NCBI GenBank assembly: GCA_039621445.1
Contig: CP154954.1
Span: forward strand, 42,964,632 to 43,028,631
Direction of reading: 5' to 3'
DNA from: Euglena gracilis
Lineage: Eukaryota
DNA length: 64,000 nucleotides
Shown here: positions 38,900 to 49,535 of the stretch, in pieces
Numbering within the stretch: the stretch's first letter is position 1
How the letters are laid out: every line of letters begins with the position of its first letter
Made by a program: the position numbers and the translations under genes
The notes under the pieces: generated by a model
Told to the model about the DNA's origin: nothing
Seen by the model: only the letters and a program-made list of their open reading frames with translations
Database searches by the model: none

Positions 38900-41800
38900 T
38901 CACACGTTGAGCAGCTCCTCCAGCGCGCCGGCCGGCGTGGGCTTCTTCTTCAGCTGACCCTCCCCCCTTGGACTTGATGGATTGGAGGAGGGAGGAGGGG
39001 TGTACGCGTGCAGTGAATGAGTCAGCAAGCCGTGCGCGGTTTCCTGTGAACATCACTGACGAACATAGGGTCCTAGATTCGTCCAGAGTTTGTAAGGACA
39101 CAGGCACTGTGCATGCAAAACCTCCTGAACCCAAAAAGAGCATAGGAGATTGTGTGCGGGTTTCCGTGCAGCGCAGAAGAAGACGCACGTGTGCGGTTTC
39201 CCGCGTGCCAAGCCGTGGCTGCAAAACCCAGGGGCTGAAGGAGCACATTGATAGGACGCACTGAAGGTGCACATTGATAGGACACACGCTGAAGGGGGGA
39301 CCGTGTTGGGGGCGGTCGCGGCACGATCTCCTCAATCTCGTCCTCCGGTTCACCGGCGGCGGACTCGGTGGGCGGCGGGGTGCGGGCCGTGCGCTTGCGG
39401 CCCGTCACCGGGGTCTCCGGCGCCGGCTGCTCCTGCGCCGCTGCTGGCGGTGCGGCCGCGCCCTTCCGCAGCCCGGAGGGGGTGGAGGCCCCCTTGCGGC
39501 CCGCCGCCGCCGCGCCGCCGCTGGCCGACGGCTGCTTGGCCGGCGTCACCGGGGCCTCAGCCTCCTTCGCGGCAGGGGCCCTCTCCTTCCCCTTCTCCTT
39601 CCCCTTGGCGGCCGGGGGGGCCTTCTCCTTCTCCTTCTCCTTCCCCTTGGCGGGGGTCTCCTTCTTGCCCCGCCCCTTGGCTGGCGGCGGGGGCGAGGGC
39701 TCCCGGCCCTCCTTCTCCGGCTCCTTCCTCTTCGGCCGGGGGGGCATGTCCTCCTCTTCCTTCTCCCCCTTCTCCTCCTCCTCCTCCAGCCCGCCCCGGC
39801 CGGAGACGTCCAGGGGCTCATGGTGGGTGATGCGGTGGTGGACGTTGATGGCCACAGGGGCCACCACCCGGGTGGGGTGGGTCATAGCAACAGGCATAGC
39901 AACAGCCAGTCATAGAAACAGCCAAGCACACCGCTCCACGGGAATCCGCACGCGTGCACTGTCCGCGGGAAACCGCGTGCACGCTGTGCATCACGTTCCG
40001 ATGCTGTACTAACGGCTCATGCATGCAGAGTCGATACGGGCAAACGTTCCCCCCCCCCCTCGTCTGGCCTGCACTGAGGTGGCGCCCTGATCCCACAGGA
40101 TGGCCGGCTTCCCGTCGGCCACTTTGATCTCGCGCTGCAGCTGGTCCACCCGCAGCTGCATCGCCTCGTCCGCCTCCTCCAGGAGGTCGGGGTCCCCCCA
40201 GATGACGCCGATGGGGACCTGCAGCCGGGTGGCGAGGTCCGCCGGGAGGGCGGCGTGGCGGGTGACCGCCAGCACCCAGTTGTGGGCCTCCACGTGCAGC
40301 CGCAGCAGCCACCACGCCACCTCCACCGGCAGGGTGGGCGGCCCCTCCCCCGCAGAGCTGTGTCTCACTTTCAGGCGGGAGGGATGAGGAGTGCGGGTCG
40401 AAAAGGGAATTGGCCAAAAGGAATTCACCCTGTGGAACTGAACGTCGTTCTTTCAGCAGAGGAAAGGGAAGAACCACGAGAAGTGCACGGAAAACCGTTT
40501 AAATTGTAAAATTGTACCTGGACTGACAATCATTTTGATGAACAGAATTGTACCAATACCTATAAACTGACCAAGGATGTTGACTGTGACGTTGCTTTTT
40601 TGTTTGTTCGGTGTGAACAAAGCCCTGACCCTGTCCCACGAGGGTGATCTGCCGCGGCACCTGCGGGGGACGATGAAGGTGTGTCAACACCTCACGGCAG
40701 TGGAACATTGATCTTCTGAGTCACAGCATGGATCTTAAGAAACATTCGTGTGCACGGAGAGTATCCCGTGTGCGCAGGTGTGTGTATCAGTCCTGTGCGG
40801 ATTCCCGTGCACTCCACAAAGTTGTGCGGATTCCCGTGTCCCCCCAAAAAAGAGAACGTTCTGTTGGTTTAAAAAAAAGAAAAAACGAAACGAAGGGTGT
40901 GCACACCCGAAAGTCCGTCTTGCTGCTGAAGAGGGCGGTGACGGTGGTGATGTTGAAGAGGTAGGTGCGGTCCACGTTGGACTTCACCGGCCGGTGCAGG
41001 GTGACGTCCACACGACGCATCTCGTCGGGGACGTCCATGCCCTTCTGCAGCGTCTGCTGCAGGGCCCCGATGGCGAACGCCCGCCCCGTGGCCACGAACG
41101 GGACCCCGCGGCTCCACAGTCTCAGGAGCTCAGGGTGGACGTCGGCGTCGCTCAGCCCGTCCGGGACCTCCACCACCACCGCGTCGACGTTCAGCTCCAT
41201 GATCTCCCGCGGCATCCCCGCGGTGGGGTGGAGGGGGACCACGTGCGCCAGGCGGGACGGCTCGGGACTCTCCCCACGCTCCGCCGCTTCCGCCCTTCTT
41301 CGCCCCCGGGTGGACCGGCTGCCCGCCCGCGGAGAGCCAGCCTCAAACAGCTCCCCCTCCCCAGACGTGGGCTGACTGGGGGACCCCTCCGCCTCCTCCC
41401 GGCTGCTGCCGGCCGCCGCTGTGGCCGCCCCGCGCCGACCGCCGCCACCGCTGAGGTCCAGGGTGCAGAAGCGGCCCCCGTACCGCACCGTGGGCTCGGC
41501 GAGCGGCTGGGCCAGCCGCGCAGCAGGGGAGCGTCAGCGCTCAGGGGGGGGGAGGAGTCCCGCGGTGGCCGGGGTCAGGACACACAAGAATCCTGAGGGA
41601 CACACAAAACGAACGAACAGGACCACAAAACTTGTGATATTTCGGGTTGTGTAAAAAAAATTAAAACAAGGTAAAAAAAAAGTGCACACACACGTCCTAG
41701 TTCCTGCGCACGGGGGCTGCGCCAGCGCCAGTTGGTACCGGAACCGCGCTGTCCATGCTTGCCAGGCTGGGCCACCAGGGTACCTGAGCACGAGAACGGT

Positions 41801-43790
41801 GAGAACATCAGCAAAAAAGACATCACTACGCACTTCCATGTACAAGCGTCTTTCCACGGAAACCCGCCTAAAAAGAAAAAAAAAGTGCGGAAGACAAACG
41901 CAGAGTAGACATACGGCGGGTGACGGGTGGACGTGGTGTGTCGTGCACGTCCACGGCACCCGCGGCGGCGGATCAGCGTCCCCACCACCGCTTCCATGAC
42001 GCCTTTCCACGGCCCCCGGCACAGTCCACCCAGCGCGCATTGTGTGGTGTGCGTGGTCCGGTCAGCGTACTGTCTCTGTATCCACGACAGTAAACTGTCC
42101 CCCGTATGATCACACACCTTGTGGTGTGCGGGCGTACTGTCTCTGTCCACTCGAACAGTAAAACTGGCAAGTGAGATCACAGCGCCTCTGTCAAAGTGCG
42201 GGCACAGTCCCCGTCGCCTGAAATGGACATCCGAACCGCCGCACCGTCGTCGCCTTCGCCGCCTCGTCCAGCATCTCCCTCGTCAGGGCGACGTAGTCCT
42301 GCGGGTCGTACAGCTGCTCGATCGCCTTGAACGCGTACGGGGACAGCGCCGCCGCCACCCCCGTCGTGGGGCGCGCCTCCAGCGCCCGCACCGCCTCCAC
42401 CACCGGCCGCCCGCTGTGCAGCAGCCACTCCGCCAGCGGCTGCATCGACTTCACCCAGTTGTCCTGCACAGAGGAGGTCAGGGAGAGTTGAGGGGGGGGG
42501 GGCAACAGGGGGGGGGATTGAGTGATGTGTACGTGATAGCTGGAATATCAAAGGACAGGGTGCGCGCACTCACTCTCCCTCTGAGGAGCAAAAAGAAAGG
42601 AAGCAGGCCATCTCGGCGGGAATCCGTGCATTGCATCAAATAGAGAACAGCGCACACGGAAATCCGCGCACACACCATCTTGCCGTGGGACGCCTCCGTG
42701 CACCCCGTCTTCACGTACACCCGCTTCAGCAGCAGCTCCGTCCGGTTCACCGTCAGGCGGGCGGCGGTCCCCGCCTCGCCGTCCGGCACCGCCCCCGGCC
42801 GCTCCCGCTCCACCTCCCGCTCCAGCCACTCCACCCGCTGGCTGAGGGACATCTCCCTCACCGTCCCGTCCCGGGCTTGCATGCTCCCCGCCACGCGCTG
42901 CCTCTCCTCGAGGCTGGCCGACCCCAGCACCGTGTGGCAGTTGAACCACTCGGTCCACTGCGGCGCCGGCCGCGCGTCGGCCACCGCCGCGTCCGCCACC
43001 TGGGTGGCCGCCAGGAAGCGGTGCTGCCCGCTCAGGATGACGAACTTCCCCGTCGCTGTGACAACAGGGAGGTCAACAGTGCCACTGAGTGTTGTTCAGG
43101 TGCACGGATTCCCGCCTGGATCACCACCCCAAATCAAAAAAAAACCAGTACAAACGGTGTACATTTCATTATTCCGTCATTTGGGAAGCATCCGCCGCCA
43201 TTTACAACATCCATGAATACAGACAGGCTGGCCTACTATGCTGATAGAAACAAAACACACCCTGCTCCGGCCACACCACGAAGCTCAAGGCCCCCACCGG
43301 CGGGTTCTCCGTGAACGCCTTGACGAGGCTGTCCACGTGGGCCTTTTCGACCCGCCGCACCTGCCCTCGCGTGAGGGTCTCGTCCAGCACCAACACGTCA
43401 AGGCGCGGAGGCTGTCTGGCTCTCCAGGGTTTCAGCTGAAAGTTCTGAACGGACAACTGCACAGGATGTCTGATGCACGCGCACGCCAAACACAAATCTG
43501 AGCGGTTTGCACGGAAACCCGCACAGCTGTAGAAACCAAAGGACGTCAATGACACTGAAACAAACTGGGTGAGTGTCATCCAAAAAATGGAGTGACTTCT
43601 CCCGTACTTTCCAAAACATCCCAGGAATGAGGAACCGTCAAACACCCTCGGACGATTGTACGACAAAAAAAAGGAGAGAACCACACAAGCCAGCTCCAGA
43701 CCCCCTCCGGACACGGGCCAGCGGGGTCGGGGTCTTCGACACCAGCTCCGTCGCCGAGCGAGTGGGCGCCGTGGGCTTCCGGGCTGCCAT
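38900..43790 (-). CDS. ParB/Srx-like domain protein, probably fused to a degenerate beta-class DNA methyltransferase-like domain and a K/E-rich tail, multi-exon
   Basis: ATG at 43790. GT-AG introns join 43435-43261 (GQVRRVEKAHVDSLVKAFTENPP...VVWPEQ), 43055-42676 (ATGKFVILSGQHRFLAA...) and 42463-42245. Later exons ~41530-40910 (NVDAVVVEVPDG), ~40355-40065 (PTLPVEVAWWLLRLH...VL...RL...I..DP) and ~39880-39290 (K/E/A-rich). Putative stop at 38900. Downstream joins are not all resolved, so this could be more than one gene. Confidence 0.65.
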
Positions 43791-43841
43791 CAGAGGTCTA
43801 AAAAAACGAGGCAGCGTGAAAACAGCAGAAATAAAGGAAAT

Positions 43842-46800
43842 TCAGGTCAGAAACAGTCCCCACGCAAACACTTTTGTGAATATAAATAAGCAGAAATATG
43901 GGATAGTCAGTTCAATCAAAAAAATAATTGTCATTAAACGAAACACAGCAGTGACCACTCCGCAGAGCACCCCCCTTTTGGCTGGGTGGAGAATGCTTTT
44001 GCACGGAAACCCGCCCGCCACCCCCGTCATGAAACAAACCCTCACCCTCGCTCTGAAGGCCTCCAGCTGACTCCCTGATATACAGAGAGGTTCAGGACCA
44101 CATACAAAGACAGGGGTCCGGTAGGGACACACCGCCGCTGGGGACAGACTGAGGTCCTCATCCGAGGAGGAGGACCCAGACGACGTCGGGCGGCTGCTCA
44201 GCAGCTCCCCCAGACTGCCGAGGCCATCTGAGGCCGCCGGGGAGACGTACCCCTCGGACAGCGTGCCCGGCGGCTCGTACAGCGACTCCGCTGTACTGGG
44301 CGGCTCGTACAGGCTCTCCGCCTCGGGCAGCTCCAGCGCCGGCCATCCCGGTTGAACCGCAGGCGGCTGCACCACCGCCGCCACGGCCGCGGAGGAACTG
44401 GGCTCCTCCGGGGTGAACCGGACGCGGCCCTCCGCCGGGGACTCCTCGGCAGGCCTCATCACCTCCGGCGGCGCAGGTTCCGCTCCTGCACGGGTTTCCG
44501 CACGGGCCACCGCCTCTGCGCGGGTTTCCGCTTGCCCGCTGGTCGCCAGTTCGACGTCCCCCGGGGGCGTGGGGCTGCGGCGCCGCCGCTGCCGCTGGTG
44601 GAGGAAGTTGTCCATCGCCCGCTGGCGACGGGCGAACTCCTGGGGGTCCACCGGCCCGACGTTCTCCCGCATCCAGACCAGGATGTCGGGGGTCAGGGCC
44701 CGGCCGCTCACCAGGGTCAGGAGGGAGGTCCGCATCAGGGCCTCCAGCGCCCGGACGTCCACGATCTCCGGCAGGATGGGCGGGGACCCCCACCGGGGGA
44801 ACTCCACCTCGGCGGCGTCCACCCAGGCGACCCGCGTGGCGTCCACCCGGCGGGGGAAGGGGCGGCCCTCGGGGTGGTCCGCCAGCTGGCGCACCCGGCG
44901 GGTCATCTCGGCGACCAGCCCCAGCCGCAGGGAACCCCGGCTGGCGTGCGGCGCCCCCGACGGCGGCGGCAGGCCGAGGAACAGCTGCAGGGTGCCCCGG
45001 AAGTCCGTGACGTACGGCGACCGACGGCAGGCACCCGACAGGCGCGACAGCATCGCCTCGCCGGCCTCCTCCACGAAGACGCACCCGGGCAGGCGGGACA
45101 TCCACGGCTGCCAGGTCAGCAGGGCCAGGGAGATGGTCCGCATGTACTCCGAGGGGAGGCCATGCGGACTCATGGCCCGCTCGAGGTGGGCCTGCAGGAC
45201 CAGGCAGCGCTCCAGCACCTGCCGCGCCGTCTCCCCCTTCACCTCGTCGTCGGGGCGGCCGCGCCAGGTGCACTGCCGCACCTTGAAGCCGAGGTGGAGG
45301 AGCGCCGGCAGGAAGAAGGTGAGGAGGCGGTGCAGCCCCAGGAGCAGCTGCGGACCGTACGCGTCAGCCGCAGTGGGGGCGGAGACGTGCACGCGCTGGC
45401 TCTCCTCCCGGAGACGATCCTCCAGGTGGCGTCAGAGTGACAGATGGGCTCTCGAAGTGTCTTCACCCACCAGAGGAACAGAGAGGCTGACAAGCTGGCC
45501 TACGTAACCTATCACCAGGGTCCTTTACGCGGGTTTCCGCACAAAGCGGACAGACTGTGACGGACAGATGGGAGAGATGTGACACCGACTAACATACGAC
45601 ATGACTGTGCGGATAACCGCATAAACATTGGCCTGATGTACCAGGTGCAGCCTGAAAGCAGCCAGCTTGGGCAGTGGTCACCCTGGCTGGGGCAGCACGT
45701 CGGCCCGGGTCAACAGGAGGCTGGCGAACAGCTTCTCCATGTACAGCACCTTCCGGTGCGACCGCAGGGACGTCGTCAGCTGCCGGCTGCCCCCGGCGCC
45801 AACCGGCACCTCCAGGTGGGCCAGCACCGGGAAGAACGCCCGGTACACCACCGTCACCGTGTGCTTGTAGGCATGCCAGATGCCGTACAGCAGGGGGACG
45901 TTGGCGAGGTGCTCCCCCATCCGGAAGCGCAGCGCCGGGGCCGAGTAGAGGAGGCGGAGGATGCGGTAGTGGATGTTCTCATCCACCAGGAGGGGCAGCT
46001 GGCGGCCCGACCGCGCCTGCAGCTGCAGCACGGTCTCCAGGAGCTGGAGGAGGTCCCGGTTCGAGCTCACCGTCTGCTCGGTCAGGGAGAAGGGCCTCCA
46101 CCGCAGCGACCGCATCGCGTCCCGCTGCATGTCCAGCGGGACGCGGACGTTGTCCACTGAGAGCTCCGCCCGGTGGAGGCCGCGGACCGCCTGGTGCAGC
46201 TTCTTCGCCGACTGCAGGCACAGGTCGGCCGCCCAGCGGAGGTGCTGCACCACCGTCCCGAACTCCGGGTGGCCCGTGGACACGGGGAACGTCACGGACC
46301 GCGTCAAAGTCCCCTGACGAGTCCGCAGGGGGTCGATCTGCAGCAGTCACCACACAGAGGGCCTGCTCACTGAGCCAACCAGGTACGTGTACGCATACAC
46401 AACCCTGAAGTGTGCGGGTTTCCGTACAAACCAACACTGATTACACGGAAACCCGCACAAACGCGTCTGACAACCACCTTTGTACTTAACCCTGTACACA
46501 CCTTGGGGGATGTTGAGCTTTGTTTTCACCAGTGTCACCGTTCACCTGTCCCTTGTCACCAACTGTGTCACCCCGACTTGTGGGGTTCTTGAGCAGTTCA
46601 TTCATTCAGTGCATTTTAGACAGACCATTCCCAGGCGGAAAACCGCGCACGTCTTGTCATGCACGGATGGTCATCGTCAGGCCCACTTCGCCAACAGCAG
46701 AAGGCAGAGTAGGCACCCTGAACCCAGGGCGGTGACGTTGCGGCTGTAGCTGGGCTGGGTGGGGTCCGTGCCCCACCGCAGCCAGCAGAAGTTGTCCAGC

Positions 46801-47300
46801 CACAGCACGCACTGGTGGCCGTCCAACGCCCGCAGCACCGCGTCCCGGGCCCTTCGCGCCCGCTCCCGCACCAGCTCCTCCGTGGGGCCCACCAGACCGG
46901 CGGGCCGCAGCAGTCGACGGGTAGCGCGTGGCAGGTCCTGCAGCGTCTGCTGCGCCGGGGCGGGGGCCAGGGCGGCCGCCGGCGTGACCAGCTCGCCGAA
47001 GGGCACGGCCAGCCGTCGCAGCGTCCGCCACAGCGCCAGCAGCCCGTCGGTGAAGCGGGCCATCCACATCGGCCGCTCGGACGGGGGCCGGGTGTACTCC
47101 CGCCGCACCTCCCGCAGGCTGCGACGGGACCGGCGGTTGGCCCTGACGGCCAGGCCTGTCTCCACCAGGTTGAGGGCTCCCAGGTGGCCTCTTCGGAGGG
47201 CGTCGTCCAGGATCGCCCAACCATCCGCCGGGGGGGCGCCGGCAAGGTACCCCCGCAGCTGGTCCAGCTGCAACACCAGCGTCTCAGATGAGGCGGCCAT
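43842..47300 (-). CDS. Putative DDE-type transposase (Academ/DUF6589-like motif order), three exons
   Basis: ATG at 47300. Exons ~47300-46724, ~46348-45689 and 45427-(stop at 43842 unless spliced). Motifs in order: CVLWLDNF (~46793), PLLVDENIHY (~45980), PLLYGIWHAYKH (~45875), EYMRT (~45143), VEEAGEAMLSRL (~45060). Lies inside a TIR/TSD-bounded element. Confidence 0.62.
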
Positions 47301-47775
47301 TTTTTTTTTTGCACAGTCTGAGACAACGGAGAAGAGAGTGTGCGGATTACCGCGCAGCAGAGGGTGCGTGAGTGAGTCAGGGACACAATGTAGACACATC
47401 TGCTGTACATGCTGAACATTGTTTTCAGTGAATGGACAAAGATCACTCACGTATGTACAGTTTCAACCGTGTTGTCACCCGCGTGTGGGCAGTGAAGCAG
47501 TGTCGTATCGTCGTGCCGACAAGGGCTCAGTCCTTTACACGGGAATCCGCACAACACTGCGCTGTGTTTGATTCAAATCTGTCATCGTAGCACACTGTGT
47601 TGTACCACACACCGCAGCCATTGTGGACCGCTTCTACGCGGGTTTCCGCACAGCTGGTGGGAACATCGCAATGACCTGTTCTTCCTTCACTATTACCTCC
47701 CTCACCGTTGAAATGTTTGCGCTTGATTCTGTGCTGTTGTGCGGGTTCCCGTGTAAAGCCATGGAAGGCTGCTGT

Positions 47776-49535
47776 TCAGGGTTTCTCAAATTTGAAGCCG
47801 GCGGGGGCAACAGTACCCGGATCGGTCCGTACGGCGCAATTCAGAGCGCGATTCCAGGTAAGACGGCCCTCCAAAACCGAAGGACCTGGGACCTTGTCGC
47901 GATTCAGGGTGTTTAGTGGTACAAGCGGATGTTGAAATTCTCGCGATTTGTACCCCCTCGCGAACGGGATGTGCCACTGCGACGTAACCCCTGGGAAAAC
48001 ACCGTGGTCTGGGGGCCGAAGTCGTTGTTTGTGCGGTTTCCCGCACAAACCGCAGCTCCACGTCGTAGAAGGTGGCCTGTTTTGGGTGATGTCAAGGGAG
48101 CAGCAGTTCACCCTACGGATGTGTCTCGCGAACGACACAGGAACCGTAAACCAGTCGTGTACCACCCACCACCACCACCCTCAGTCGCGAAAGAGTCCCA
48201 GGTAGTCGTGTCCGGGGGAGGTCTACAGCACGCAATCGTGCGGCCCAGTTGGGCGTGTGCACTGAGTCCCCTCAGTGGCCTAGACCAACCCCCCCGGGGG
48301 TATACCGAACTGCTGTCAGCTTCCGCTTCGTTCAGCCTCCCTCCTCCGCACCAACCACAGAAGAGAAGAAAAGAGACCCTACACACACAAAAGAGACACA
48401 CGTCGTGTATACATACACGCAGCCCGAGCGGATACCCGTACACGGACTCGTCCGTAAGGAAAAAGTAGGCAAGTGACCGCACCGGCCGGGGAACCAGTGG
48501 CGTTGCCCACTGGGGTGGGCGGTCCCAGGGAGCTCGGCCACAAGAGGCCGTTACAGCCACTTGCCCAACATCTCTCTCCAGAGATCGCACATGGACTGTA
48601 TAACATTCGCGAAACCACTGTTGGTGGTCAAGCCGGCGGTTACACCAAATGAAGGCCTCGCGATCCAGATCCAGAAGCGTAGGAGGGAGAAGGGGCGGAC
48701 ATCTGTGCAGTGCACTGGGCCTCACGCCTTACGCGCTGGTCCGTTCTTGTACGCGGAAACCCGCACACATCGTCGCCGTTGGCGTGTGACCACACCACAC
48801 AGACTCTGTCACCCTCGCCAGACCTCCACGCACACAACTGACCGGTGGCCTACGCATTCCGATCGCGAGGAAAACCGGTCCCCTACGCAGTGGTGTACCA
48901 CCAAACGTCCAAAACGTGAAACACAAACACCCAGGTTCCATTTTCCTACCCAGTCGGTCGGGGGAGTCCGGGACGGGCGTCGTCGCCCCAGCTGCGTTGG
49001 TCCGCAAACGCCGCAACCGCACCCCCGTTGGGGAGGTCTGGGCAACCTGCCCCGGCGGTGCGGAGAGGTCAAAGGACCACCCGGGCTCCTCACTATTCTT
49101 TTTATACACTTGGAATGTGTTACACGGATTCCCGCACAAGACATCCCGTTGGCTTTTCCATACTTCATGGGCTGCTCTACATCTGTTTGGAAACCCTCAC
49201 ACCCCTCTACGGACGACCACACTGCGTCGAGTTTCGCAACCAGTCAGCACCGCAGTCGCGGAAACACCGGTGTTCCCACCGTTTACGTGCCGTTTCGTTC
49301 TTGTTCAGGCCGGGGAGTTACACAGGCAGGCTCGCCGGGGAGAGGACCGCCCCCTCTTACAGGGGGATGGGGCAGCCAACTGTTGGCCCACCACCACACA
49401 CCCGGCGGACACACCACCGTCACCGGCCGCGGCTGGGCCACCGTCCCGGTGACGGTTAGGGCACACGGGATGTGTCGGGGTGTGGTGCGACAGACAGGAC
49501 GCTGCCCCCCGGTCCACCCTGGCCTCCCCACCATT
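47776..49535 (-). CDS. Possible third transposon gene of unknown function (fragmented into exons)
   Basis: Protein-like segments EAFIWCNRRLDHQQWFRECYTVHV...RSLAYFFLTDESVYGYPLGLR (~48700-48420), EPGWSFDLS (~49080) and WSCGLCGKPH (~48045). Joins not resolved. Confidence 0.35.

Noticed and set aside
37521-39353. 610-aa minus-strand ORF
   Set aside because: No recognisable domain, composition not protein-like, and it runs into the TIR. Probably a chance open frame.
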